Source: Trueperaceae bacterium (GTDB taxonomy: Bacteria > Deinococcota > Deinococci > Deinococcales > Trueperaceae). Taken from it: a DNA stretch of 64,000 nt. The stretch is from the NCBI GenBank assembly GCA_965223585.1, contig CBDCWW010000010.1, positions 55,165 to 119,164 of the forward strand. Direction: 5' to 3'. Shown piece by piece: positions 1 through 9,129 of this stretch. Position numbers and translations under genes: made by a program. How positions within the stretch are numbered: position 1 is the first letter of the stretch; the number at the start of each line of letters is the position of its first letter. Under the pieces are notes generated by a model. That model saw only the letters and a program-made list of their open reading frames with translations. It was not told the DNA's origin and made no database searches.

Positions 1-74
1 CTATCCCCTTTACAGATATACCACCAGACATAGCACCAGCTGTTAGTGAGATTAAGATTTTACAACGTAGCACC

Positions 75-2090
75 TTGAATAATAAGGGTATACAAACCAG
101 TGCTAGTCTAAGCCCGAATGACATAATAGGAGAGCTAGGGAAAATCTCAGTGAGTCAATCTGGGAAAAATCAATGGCACAATCTTACATTTGCTGAACCC
201 TTTCAAGATCCCGTAGTAATTATGCAACCATTGTCATATAATGCAGGAGATCCAGCATTAATAAGACTAAGAAGTGTAACAGGTACAGGGTTTGAGTTTC
301 AAATAGACGAATGGGATTACTTAAATGGTAAGCACGGTACAGAAGTAGTGTCCTATATAGCTATGGAAACAGGCCTGTGGATAAATGGTTTAGTTTATGA
401 GGTAGGAAAAGTACAAACAAATCACAGATTTGAGGATGTCACCTTGAAGTATCCTTTTTCTCCTAGTGCAACAGTGCTAACCCAAGTACAGACTCTTAAT
501 GGAGAATCAGCAGTAACAACCAGACAAGAACCAATAACAGGAGGGTTTAGGGTAAAGGTACAAGAAGAAGAAGCAAGTGGCAGCCATACTCAAGAAGAAA
601 TAGGTTACATAGCAATATTGTCGGGGGAAGGGCCATTTGGTAAGTTTAGAGTACTAAGTGGAGAAACAAGCCCAGTAGTAAGCCACAATTGGCACACAAT
701 AAACTATGATTATAGCGCCCCAACTTTTGGGGAGGCGTATTTTGTAGGGAATATGCAAACCTACTTAGGGGCAGACCCAACGGCAGTGCGCTACCGGAAC
801 CTAGATTCTGATAGTGTACAAGTAAGAGTAGAGGAAGAAAAGTCAGCAGATACAGAGACTAACCACCCCAATGAATCTGTAGGGTATTTACTACTAAGAC
901 AAGCAGGGTTTGATGAAAGTAAGTTAACAGCTTTTGATGGGGCAGCTGATGACTGGTTTGGCCGCTCTGTAGCCATATCAGGAGATACTGTGGTGGTAGG
1001 AGCTTTCCTTGATGATGATAAAGGTAGTAGATCAGGTTCGGCCTACATATATGAACGCAGTGCTATAGGTAAGTGGGTACTGGTAAAGAAAATCCTAGCC
1101 TCTGATGGTGCAGCTGGTGACAGGTTTGGCGCCTCTGTAGCCATATCAGGAGATACTGTGGTGGTAGGGGCTGAGTTTAATGATGTTAAAGGTAATGATT
1201 CAGGTTCAATCTACATATTTGATCGCAATGAGGATGGTTCCGACAACTGGGGGCAGGTCACGAGAATAGTAGCCTCTGATGGTGCAGCTGGTGACAGGTT
1301 TGGCGCCTCTGTAGCCATATCAGGAGATACTGTAGTGGTAGGCGCTCGATTCGATGATGATAACGGCATTGGTTCAGGTTCAGCCTACATATATGAGTAT
1401 GAGCACGGTGGTGCTATAGGTAAGTGGGTACTGGTAAAGAAAATACTAGCCTCTGATGGTGCAGCTGATGACTTCTTTGGCACATCTGTAGCCATATCAG
1501 GAGACACTGTGGTGGTAGGAGCTCATAGAGATGATGATAACGGCACTGAATCAGGTTCAGCCTATATATTTGATCGCAATGAGGGCCGTCCCAATAACTG
1601 GGGTGAGGTCGAGAAAATACTAGCCTCTGATGGTGCAGCTCGTGACAGGTTTGGTCGCTCTGTAGCCATATCAGAAGATACTGTGGTGGTAAGCTCAGAT
1701 GATAACAGCACTTCTTCAGGTTCAGCCTATACATTTGATCGCAATAATGGTGGTCCCCATAACTGGGGCGAAGTCGAGAAAATACTAGCCTCTGATGGTG
1801 CAGCTGATGACTTCTTTGGCACATCTGTAGCCATATCAGGGGATATCGTGATTATAGGAGCCAGTGCAGATGATGATAAAGGTAATAATTCGGGTTCAGC
1901 CTACACATTTGATCGCAACGAGGGTGGTCCCGACAACTGGGGTGAGGTTACGAAAATACTAGCCTCTGATGGTGCAGCTGGTGACAGTTTTGGCTCGTCT
2001 GTAGCCATATCAGGAAATACTGTGGTGGTAGGAGCTCGATTCGATGATGATAACGGCTTTTTTACAGGTTCAGCCTATATATTTGAGTAG
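75..2090 (+). CDS. Surface/secreted beta-propeller protein with about seven FG-GAP-like repeats; probably 5'-truncated by the window edge
   Basis: 671-aa ORF. The C-terminal ~380 aa are ~55-aa repeats (ASDGAAGDRFGxSVAISGDTVVVGAxxDDDxGxxSGSAYIF). The N-terminal part has three ~100-aa internal repeats. The frame has no stop back to nt 3, so the TTG at 75 may not be the true start. Confidence 0.7.
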   Translation: MNNKGIQTSASLSPNDIIGELGKISVSQSGKNQWHNLTFAEPFQDPVVIMQPLSYNAGDPALIRLRSVTGTGFEFQIDEWDYLNGKHGTEVVSYIAMETGLWINGLVYEVGKVQTNHRFEDVTLKYPFSPSATVLTQVQTLNGESAVTTRQEPITGGFRVKVQEEEASGSHTQEEIGYIAILSGEGPFGKFRVLSGETSPVVSHNWHTINYDYSAPTFGEAYFVGNMQTYLGADPTAVRYRNLDSDSVQVRVEEEKSADTETNHPNESVGYLLLRQAGFDESKLTAFDGAADDWFGRSVAISGDTVVVGAFLDDDKGSRSGSAYIYERSAIGKWVLVKKILASDGAAGDRFGASVAISGDTVVVGAEFNDVKGNDSGSIYIFDRNEDGSDNWGQVTRIVASDGAAGDRFGASVAISGDTVVVGARFDDDNGIGSGSAYIYEYEHGGAIGKWVLVKKILASDGAADDFFGTSVAISGDTVVVGAHRDDDNGTESGSAYIFDRNEGRPNNWGEVEKILASDGAARDRFGRSVAISEDTVVVSSDDNSTSSGSAYTFDRNNGGPHNWGEVEKILASDGAADDFFGTSVAISGDIVIIGASADDDKGNNSGSAYTFDRNEGGPDNWGEVTKILASDGAAGDSFGSSVAISGNTVVVGARFDDDNGFFTGSAYIFE

Positions 2091-2435
2091 GTGCACCTAC
2101 TAACGGAAAAAGATATTTCTTTTCATTTGAGAAACGTGTTTAAGCGGTGACATGAAGACTGAGTGGCTTGAATTAAAGCTTATAAGCAGGAGTGTAAAAG
2201 TTTTTGTGAATAACTCAGGAGTAATCAGTGCCTATAGGTAGTTAGTAACCAGAAGTCAGTAGCCAGCATAGTAAATCCCTACTGACTACCAGCTACTGGA
2301 TTCTAGCTACTACTTTAAATTCCAAACGGAAATTCATAAGTATTTATGCATGGATCCTTATTGGAACAGTAACAAGCTTATTCTTGACATGAAACAGAGG
2401 CTCAAAAAAAGTTAGAATCAGCAAAGGAGAAATCG

Positions 2436-2840
2436 ATGAGAAAAAAAGTAGGTTTGTGGATTGATCATAGAGAAGCTATTATTGTGGCTATTACAGACAA
2501 AGGAGAAGAAATAAAGCTGATACCATCGGAGGTTGAAAGTCAGCCCCGCCGTTCTGGTGATTCACCTCTTAAAGGTCCTTATGATGTACAGCAGGTACCA
2601 GCAGATAGTAGACGCCTTAGAGCATTTACGGAACATCTCAATGGTTACTATGATTCAGTAATTGCATCTATTGGTGATGCAAAATCAATTCTAATATTTG
2701 GTCCGGGTGAGGCAAAGACCGAGTTAAAAAAACGCCTTGAAAAAAACCACCTTGGTGAGAACATTGTAGGCGTTGAAACAGCCGACAAGATGACAGATAA
2801 TCAGATAGCAGCGAAAGTTCGACAACACTTTGCTAAGTAG
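2436..2840 (+). CDS. Hypothetical protein; possible mini eRF1/Pelota-like fold (tentative)
   Basis: 134-aa ORF with an AAAGGAG SD upstream of the ATG. The FGPGEAKTELKKRL motif resembles the GPGxxK element of eRF1/Pelota domains, which is a weak basis. Confidence 0.45.
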   Translation: MRKKVGLWIDHREAIIVAITDKGEEIKLIPSEVESQPRRSGDSPLKGPYDVQQVPADSRRLRAFTEHLNGYYDSVIASIGDAKSILIFGPGEAKTELKKRLEKNHLGENIVGVETADKMTDNQIAAKVRQHFAK

Positions 2841-2859
2841 GAGTATAGCTGTTATATAG

Positions 2860-3005
2860 TACTTCAGAAAATTTTTTCTCTAGGGAAAACCCCCTCTGTG
2901 AGCATGTCATTCTGAGGAGTATAACCCTTACGAGGGTAAACTTGAAGAATCTCTAAGGGCATTAACGCATGGGAGATCCTTCGCTGCGCTCAGGATGACA
3001 TTCCT
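2860..3005 (+). repeat. MITE/REP-like long-hairpin repeat, copy A (complete)
   Basis: GTCATTCTGAGGAG ... GAAGAATCTCTAAGGGCATTAACGCATGGGAGATCCTTCGCTGCGCTCAGGATGAC, with arms that are inverted repeats. Related copies lie at 35503-35665 (inverted) and 62841-62965. Confidence 0.7.
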
Positions 3006-3074
3006 TGCGTTGATAAAGAAAATATTTATATGGACATCCATAACAACACAGTCTCGTAATGCTCTGAGATAGTA

Positions 3075-4118
3075 TTACTTGGTTAGTGCTAGTGATTGTC
3101 TTGTCTTTCTGTAAAGTAACCAAGTAGACAATGGCCCTAAAGCAAAGTTTATGTAGTAGGTTAACAGCCTCCATAAAAGTATAGGACTTGCCAATAGTAT
3201 TGCCTCAACTTGCCTTGTCCTAAGACTCCAACCAATGGCTATCTCTACAAAACCCGAACCACCGGGGGTAGGCATGATGCTGCTTAGTAGATTGATAATG
3301 TTCAATGAAGTAAGGATGTTAAGCAGTAAAGTGTGAACATCAAAGAGGACAAGTAATCCCCAAAGTAAGGTTGAGCGTGACAGCCATCCCAGCATTGTGA
3401 GTAGCTGAAGGCTAAGGCGTTGGAGTACAGATATATCACTAAAACGGGTTACGCTTTGTTGATAGTCTCGAGCAATATGTAAAGTGCGCTTCTCAAAATG
3501 CTTAGTCAAAGCTCTGAACAACGGCAAATTACCAAAGCGTGATAGCAAAGGCCTACTCAGCTTCAGTAAAAAGCTTAGTGTTATACCTAGAAGAAATAAC
3601 AAGATGCTTAGTGCAAGCACTAAGTATGAGACAGTGGGTGGCAAACTAAGCATCCCTGTACTGAAAACATAAAGGACGCTGAGGGGTACTAGAAATGCGA
3701 AATAAGCGAGATCAAGTAATATTAGCTGTGCCACAAGGCCAATTCCAGCTCCTAAAGGTAGACCCAACTTTTGCAGTGCAAGGATAAGTACTGGAACACC
3801 ACCCAGCTTGCCCGGCATTATCAAAGCTCCAAAGTTAGTTGAAAGCTGAACCATGAAACTTGTTAAAATAGATAGTTGAAGACCTTGATAGGCACAAAGG
3901 AGCTTGAGGCGCAATACAGGAAAAAACCAATAGGTTAAGAGTATAATGAGACAGAAAGCAATTATGCTAGGCTCGAGATTCCTAAGGTGATAGGTCTCAG
4001 CAGAAAGCAGTGCTGGACCCACCAACCAGTATAAAGCTAGCAACCCCAAACCAAAACTAAGACTTAGCACAGTAAGACTTCGCCACAAAGCTTTGTGGCT
4101 TAAAAGTTTGCTAATCAT
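3075..4118 (-). CDS. Polytopic membrane protein, UPF0104 / lysyl-PG synthase TM-region-like (flippase-like) family
   Basis: 347 aa with multiple TM segments. PGKLGGVPVLILALQKLGLPLGAG...LLD resembles the conserved P..GG...L...G motif of this family. Confidence 0.5.
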   Translation of the reverse strand: MISKLLSHKALWRSLTVLSLSFGLGLLALYWLVGPALLSAETYHLRNLEPSIIAFCLIILLTYWFFPVLRLKLLCAYQGLQLSILTSFMVQLSTNFGALIMPGKLGGVPVLILALQKLGLPLGAGIGLVAQLILLDLAYFAFLVPLSVLYVFSTGMLSLPPTVSYLVLALSILLFLLGITLSFLLKLSRPLLSRFGNLPLFRALTKHFEKRTLHIARDYQQSVTRFSDISVLQRLSLQLLTMLGWLSRSTLLWGLLVLFDVHTLLLNILTSLNIINLLSSIMPTPGGSGFVEIAIGWSLRTRQVEAILLASPILLWRLLTYYINFALGPLSTWLLYRKTRQSLALTK

Positions 4119-4596
4119 ACAGTAATATTTTCAATACTGCTTTGTCCCTTAACCTCCAAAGCATTAATCCCATACCAAGAGCCATGATAAGGGTACAAGG
4201 GAATGCTGAGCCAATGCCTAGTGGTATGATAGCAAGCAGAAAAATTACCCCGCCAAGAACACCTAGTGACAATAGGGGTCTACCTATTGTAAGGAAAGTA
4301 GCAATAGTAAACTGACCAATAGCAATTAGAATCACTATTAGTACAGTATATTCACTAAAAAAGCCATATATAAAATCTCTATAAACATCAAGTACAGCAA
4401 GTTCCCCAAACTCCACATATGAGTTAGGGTCTCTTAGGACAAAGATAGTGTTTACAATGCTTGCTGCAAAAAAAATCAGTGCGAACGCAAAGCGTGCAAT
4501 GTATGGCCAAAACCAAGCGATTATTAGAAGAACCACTGCTATTAAGTTTGATACGGTATAAGGGCCAACATATTCAGAAGGAATCATACATCTCAC
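4111..4596 (-). CDS. Hypothetical integral membrane protein
   Basis: 161-aa hydrophobic ORF. It overlaps the downstream gene by 8 nt, suggesting an operon. Confidence 0.5.
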   Translation of the reverse strand: MRCMIPSEYVGPYTVSNLIAVVLLIIAWFWPYIARFAFALIFFAASIVNTIFVLRDPNSYVEFGELAVLDVYRDFIYGFFSEYTVLIVILIAIGQFTIATFLTIGRPLLSLGVLGGVIFLLAIIPLGIGSAFPCTLIMALGMGLMLWRLRDKAVLKILLYD

Positions 4597-4796
4597 CTCA
4601 CTTATCTAAATACAGCTTAGCAAAGCAATGTTTATCATGCATCCTTAGAAATCCCACAACTTTCGTAGTATTTTTACCGACAGACATCTTGTTAACACCT
4701 AGGCAAAGGTAATTGAGGTGCATAGATAAATCTATACTAAAAACGGGTTAGAATCGGACATTTTCATAGATGTTATATTTATTCTAAATTTCATCC

Positions 4797-4829
4797 AGAC
4801 ACTAAGTTTCCCTAAGAAACTTAGTGTCT
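4797..4829. promoter_or_regulatory. Perfect 14-bp inverted repeat (AGACACTAAGTTTC-CCTAA-GAAACTTAGTGTCT) in a divergent intergenic region
   Basis: Read directly from the sequence. It lies between divergent genes (4596- and 5006+), so it is not a terminator position; it is a candidate operator. Confidence 0.4.
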
Positions 4830-4868
4830 TTAGGTCCCAAATTAATCTGTGATAAAGATATATCTCTT

Positions 4869-5005
4869 ATTGTCAGAAAAAGTCCTACATAGCTTGTCAG
4901 AGTTTTACTGACTAGTTAGAAAAAGTGATCAACTAAACTAGAGTAGCCAGTAGTTCTAGGGGGCAAATGCTTTTAAATCTACTAATTTAAACAAGGAGGA
5001 AACTC
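4869..5005 (+). promoter_or_regulatory. Dispersed upstream cassette, copy 1 (upstream of the PAN-domain gene)
   Basis: TTGTCAGAAAAAGTCCTACATAGCTTGTCAGAGTTTTACTGACTAGT...CTAGAG..TTCTAG...TTTTAAATCT..AAGGAGG then ATG. It shares all blocks with seven other copies. Confidence 0.7.
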
Positions 5006-5608
5006 ATGAATAAATTAAATGGTAAAACCAAAACCTTAAGCATTCTCTCTATTCTATTATTTTGTTTCTTGGCCACAATAGCATATGGTCAAGAATTTAA
5101 ACTCCCTCGAGGTGGAGAACCCATGAGCAATATTGATCTTCCGGGATCAGATATTGCCCACTTCATATGGGGTGCTCCTGCAGCAGGAATGTTGGATCTT
5201 CGACAAAATCAATGTTCTGAAGCCTGTTGGCAAAACAAGGATTGTGTGGCATGGACTTATGTAAGGCCTAACACAATCCAAGGCCCAGAGGGTAACTGCT
5301 GGCTAAAAAACAGTGTGCCAGAAAAGGTAGTTAACAATTGTTGCGTATCTGGTACGATAGGTGAAGCAAACACAGATAGACTAGGTGGCGATTACACTCA
5401 TTTTGACAATATTATGGGGCTTGATGTAACTCCTCAGCTTTGCCAAACAACCTGTCAAAACGAGACTCAATGCAAAGCATGGACGTTTGTAAAACCGAAC
5501 ACAATCCAAGGTCCCAAAGGCGTGTGTTGGCTAAAAGACACTATACCACCACCAGTAGAGAGTAATTGCTGCATATCTGGTTATTTCGAAATACAGATCA
5601 TTAGATAA
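5006..5608 (+). CDS. Secreted protein with two PAN/Apple-like (PAN_4-type) domains
   Basis: Signal peptide present. Two repeats of C..C...C.AWT(Y/F)V.PNTIQGP.G.CWLK....CC(V/I)SG. Confidence 0.65.
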   Translation: MNKLNGKTKTLSILSILLFCFLATIAYGQEFKLPRGGEPMSNIDLPGSDIAHFIWGAPAAGMLDLRQNQCSEACWQNKDCVAWTYVRPNTIQGPEGNCWLKNSVPEKVVNNCCVSGTIGEANTDRLGGDYTHFDNIMGLDVTPQLCQTTCQNETQCKAWTFVKPNTIQGPKGVCWLKDTIPPPVESNCCISGYFEIQIIR

Positions 5609-5727
5609 TCCACTGATGAGGGGGTGATGCAAAGACTTGAAAAAGGGAAGGTCTTTTATGGCTGGTGGATGACCTTGCTTTAAGAGAAAATTACCAACTG
5701 AATTCAAAACTAAGGAGAAATTGAATT

Positions 5728-6495
5728 ATGCGTATAAACAAATTGTTTTTTGTAGTTATCGTTGTTTTTTCTATAATGGGTGTATTATCCATGGGAGCAA
5801 TCGCTTCTTGGGGATTGGCTGGAGATATCCCTGTTGCAGGAGACTTTAATCGTGACGGGAGCGGTGATAGAGCAGTTTTCCGCCCTTCCAACAACACTTG
5901 GTACTTTGATTATGATTTTGATGATATCACAAACGACAGGATTAGCCCTTGGGCCTTAAGAGGCGATCTGCCAATTGCTGGAGACTTTGACAGAGATGGT
6001 CATCGAGATGATATTGCTGTTTTTCGTCCATCCAATCGCACTTGGTACTATGATTTTGATCATGATGGCACCACTGATGAGAGAGTTGATCCTTGGGCTA
6101 TAGATGGCGATCTGCCAATTGCAGGGGATTTTGATAGAGATGGCCAATATGATGATGTAGCAGTTTTTCGTTCATCTGATCGTACTTGGTACTATGATTT
6201 TGACCATGATGGCACCACTGATGAGAGATTTAGTCCTTGGGCTATAGATGGCGATTTGCCATTTGCAGGGGATTTTGATAGAGATGGTCAATACGATGAT
6301 GTAGGAGTTACTCGAGCGTCAAATACTACAAAGTATGTTGACCTTGACCACAACGGTTCTACCGATGGCACAGGATCAGCTAGTACAGGCGAAGAAAATT
6401 GTTACCCAGTAGTAATATCCAGATCTTGGGGAGATACCATAGATATCTTCTGTAACGGTACTTGGTGGGCTCCAGATCCAGATAGTCAGTATTGA
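5728..6495 (+). CDS. Secreted FG-GAP/VCBS-like repeat protein
   Basis: Signal peptide present. Four repeats of [40 protein letters not shown]. Confidence 0.65.
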   Translation: MRINKLFFVVIVVFSIMGVLSMGAIASWGLAGDIPVAGDFNRDGSGDRAVFRPSNNTWYFDYDFDDITNDRISPWALRGDLPIAGDFDRDGHRDDIAVFRPSNRTWYYDFDHDGTTDERVDPWAIDGDLPIAGDFDRDGQYDDVAVFRSSDRTWYYDFDHDGTTDERFSPWAIDGDLPFAGDFDRDGQYDDVGVTRASNTTKYVDLDHNGSTDGTGSASTGEENCYPVVISRSWGDTIDIFCNGTWWAPDPDSQY

Positions 6496-6636
6496 TATTG
6501 AAAATCGAATGCTAAGATATTTGCCTAACAAGGGGGGCTAAGACATCCTAGCGAATAGCATTTTGAAAGTGGCCTAACCTAATCATTAAGCCCATCAAGA
6601 GGACTAAAATTCTTAATTTATGATAGGAGTGATTTT

Positions 6637-7380
6637 ATGAAGATGTCTTTTATTTTTTTATTAGCAATTCTGACTACTGCTGTTTTTGCTCAATATGAGT
6701 ATGGTGTAGACCGACCCGGATCAGATATTAGGAGTTTTGCACTTCCTGAAAACGGCTCACCAGAAATGTGTAGAAGTGCTTGTGAAGGAGAAGCAGCTTG
6801 CAAGGCTTTCACCTTTGTTAGGAAAGGATACCAAGGTCCCAACCCTGTATGTTGGCTGAAGAGCGATCGTCCAAATCCTATTGATCACTTTTGCTGTGTG
6901 TCAGGAATAGTTTCTAGTTATGGTGATTTTGAGTACGGTACTAATCGTCCGGGTGGCGACTATAGAAACTTTGACCTTGCACAACCCAATCCTGAGGATT
7001 GCCAGATTGAATGTCAGAATGATGGTAGATGTCAGGCTTGGACTTTTGTGCATCCCGGTTACCAAGGACCCCAAGCACGGTGTTGGCTCAAAGATCAAGT
7101 ACCTGATGCTATAAGCAATGATTGTTGTGTGTCAGGAATAGTTTCTACTTACAGTGATATTGAGTATGGTATTGATCGTCAAGGTAGTGACTACAGAAAC
7201 TTTGACCTTGCGCAACCCAATCCCGAACTTTGCCAAATTGAATGTCAAAATGACAGTAGATGTCAAGCTTGGACTTTTGTAAATCCCGGTTATCAAGGAC
7301 CTCAAGCACGGTGTTGGCTTAAGGACCAAGTTCCTGATGCTACAAGAAATGATTGTTGTGTTTCTGGTATTGTTCCCTAG
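6637..7380 (+). CDS. Secreted protein with three PAN/Apple-like domains
   Basis: Signal peptide present. Three ~77-aa repeats end in CWLK....CCVSGIV. Repeats 2 and 3 are nearly identical at the nucleotide level (231-nt period). Confidence 0.65.
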   Translation: MKMSFIFLLAILTTAVFAQYEYGVDRPGSDIRSFALPENGSPEMCRSACEGEAACKAFTFVRKGYQGPNPVCWLKSDRPNPIDHFCCVSGIVSSYGDFEYGTNRPGGDYRNFDLAQPNPEDCQIECQNDGRCQAWTFVHPGYQGPQARCWLKDQVPDAISNDCCVSGIVSTYSDIEYGIDRQGSDYRNFDLAQPNPELCQIECQNDSRCQAWTFVNPGYQGPQARCWLKDQVPDATRNDCCVSGIVP

Positions 7381-7431
7381 CTAACCTGATCTTATTTATT
7401 CTCTTTTAAAAGCAAAGATACTGGAGAAATA

Positions 7432-8109
7432 ATGGTTACACAGAAAACCTTACAGAAAGACTCAAAACATAACAGTCTGGTACACATCCCACTAGATGAT
7501 TTGCTGCTGGAAGGCAATCTTACTGTTCCTGAAGGGGCAAAGGGTTTGGTGATATTTGCTCATGGTAGCGGCAGCAGCCGTCACAGCCCGCGCAACCGCT
7601 ATGTTGCTGAAGTACTGAATGATCAAAAACTAGCTACATTGCTGATCGACCTGCTTTCACAGAAAGAAGAAGAAATTGATTTGCGAACGCAGCATCTCCG
7701 TTTTGATATTCCCATGCTGGCACAACGGTTGGTGGGTATTGCTAATTGGGTGGAAAGCAATCCTAATATCAAACATCTAAAGATTGGCTATTTTGGCTCG
7801 AGCACTGGCGGTGGTGCAGCATTGATTGCCGCTGCTAAAAAACCAGAGCATATTGCTGCTGTTGTGTCGCGTGGAGGCAGGCCAGATTTAGCTGGGGAAT
7901 ACCTGCCCCAAGTTAAAGCTCCCACTTTGCTGATCGTTGGCGAACGTGATCCGCAGGTCATTGCGCTTAATAAACAGGCATTGGCACATCTGAACGACCT
8001 GTCCAAGCTGAATATCATCCCGCATGCCACACATCTTTTTGAGGAACCGGGAACTTTAGAGGATGTTGCACATCTTGCAGCAGAATGGTTTAAGAAGTAT
8101 TTAGAGTAG
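7432..8109 (+). CDS. Dienelactone-hydrolase-like alpha/beta hydrolase
   Basis: 225 aa with HGSGSSRHSPRN, a nucleophile elbow GSSTGG, and a C-terminal H in IPHATHLFEEPG. Confidence 0.65.
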   Translation: MVTQKTLQKDSKHNSLVHIPLDDLLLEGNLTVPEGAKGLVIFAHGSGSSRHSPRNRYVAEVLNDQKLATLLIDLLSQKEEEIDLRTQHLRFDIPMLAQRLVGIANWVESNPNIKHLKIGYFGSSTGGGAALIAAAKKPEHIAAVVSRGGRPDLAGEYLPQVKAPTLLIVGERDPQVIALNKQALAHLNDLSKLNIIPHATHLFEEPGTLEDVAHLAAEWFKKYLE

Positions 8110-8303
8110 ATTATATTGTTTTCAAACCAAGAAGCCTAGCCAGAGAAAAGCAATAGTTCTTTTATTCAAGCTCGAGAAAAGAAACTACTAGCTTGGTTGA
8201 AATCAGCTTCAAATCAGTGATGTGATTTATATTGCCTTAGTGGGAACGAGCATCACTGGAATTTCGGATGATCTTCTACAGGATCATATCTAAGGAGCAA
8301 GTT

Positions 8304-9125
8304 ATGATAGGTGTTATTAAGCGCCATCCAGTCAGAAGCTACTTTGCTTTGGCCTTTACCATTTCTTGGATCGGCAGCCTGATCGTGGGTGGTGCAAAAT
8401 TACTCCGAGGAGAGTCTTTAAATCCAAATGATCTTTGGCTCATGGGCCTGTTCATGGTAGCCGGACCCAGTGTGGCAGGCATCCTCATGACCTATCTTAC
8501 TGAGGGAAAAAAGGGTCTTCAGGATTTGCTTTCCCGAATGACAAAATGGCAAGTGGGTGTACGCTGGTACAGTGCGCTACTAATTTTCCCGTTTTTTGTT
8601 TTGCTTGTATTACTAACCTTCGCCAAGCTAGTCTCTCCAGAATTTACCCCTACCTTCTTTGCCATTGGCATCTTGATGGGTCTTTTTGCTGGCTTCATTG
8701 AGGAGATCGGTTGGATGGGCTTTGCGTTTCCTAAAATGCAAGTGAAATACAGTATCTTAAGTGCCACACTTTATCTGGGGTTCTTACATGCACTGTGGCA
8801 TATTATGGCAAGCTTTCTAGGAAGCTTTGCAATCTTTGGTGAGTATTGGTTACCCTATTTTCTTGGATTTTCCCTGTTTGTCATAGCCTTGCGTGTCCTT
8901 ATAGTATGGGTTTACATTAACACTAGAAGCCTTTTATTAGCCCAGCTTATGCACGCTAGTTCGACAGGATTTTTATCTATTCTTGTACCCATGACTATGG
9001 CACCCGTCTATTGGACTATTTTTTATTCTGTTTATGCTCTTGTTTTGTGTGCTATTGCTGCGCTTGTCATATCAAGGTATGGTAAAACTTTGGTGCAACA
9101 TTCTAATAAAGAAAGTCAAGCGTAA
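8304..9125 (+). CDS. CPBP family (CAAX/Abi-type) intramembrane metalloprotease
   Basis: EEIGWMGF and LHALWH motifs; polytopic. Start moved to the ATG at 8304, which is preceded by AAGGAG. Confidence 0.7.
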   Translation: MIGVIKRHPVRSYFALAFTISWIGSLIVGGAKLLRGESLNPNDLWLMGLFMVAGPSVAGILMTYLTEGKKGLQDLLSRMTKWQVGVRWYSALLIFPFFVLLVLLTFAKLVSPEFTPTFFAIGILMGLFAGFIEEIGWMGFAFPKMQVKYSILSATLYLGFLHALWHIMASFLGSFAIFGEYWLPYFLGFSLFVIALRVLIVWVYINTRSLLLAQLMHASSTGFLSILVPMTMAPVYWTIFYSVYALVLCAIAALVISRYGKTLVQHSNKESQA

Positions 9126-9129
9126 GATA

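Noticed and set aside
1414-1824. Antisense ORFs inside repeat-rich genes (791..976, 1414..1824, 5956..6147, 6901..7098, 7132..7329, 38070..38393, 38126..38335)
   Set aside because: They lie opposite strongly supported repeat-protein genes. Their periodic, low-complexity translations mirror the sense-strand repeats, and none has an SD.
940-2090. Possible CRISPR array or other non-coding tandem array in the periodic regions (940-2090, 5800-6300, 6900-7380, 37800-39300)
   Set aside because: The periods (~165, ~135, 231 nt) are in-frame protein repeats within long ORFs. There are no short invariant repeats separated by unique spacers anywhere in the window.
2962-3174. 70-aa ORF ending ..KECHPERSEGSPMR
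   Set aside because: Its 3' part is simply the MITE-like hairpin repeat read as protein, and the rest overlaps the 3' end of the 3075..4118 gene.
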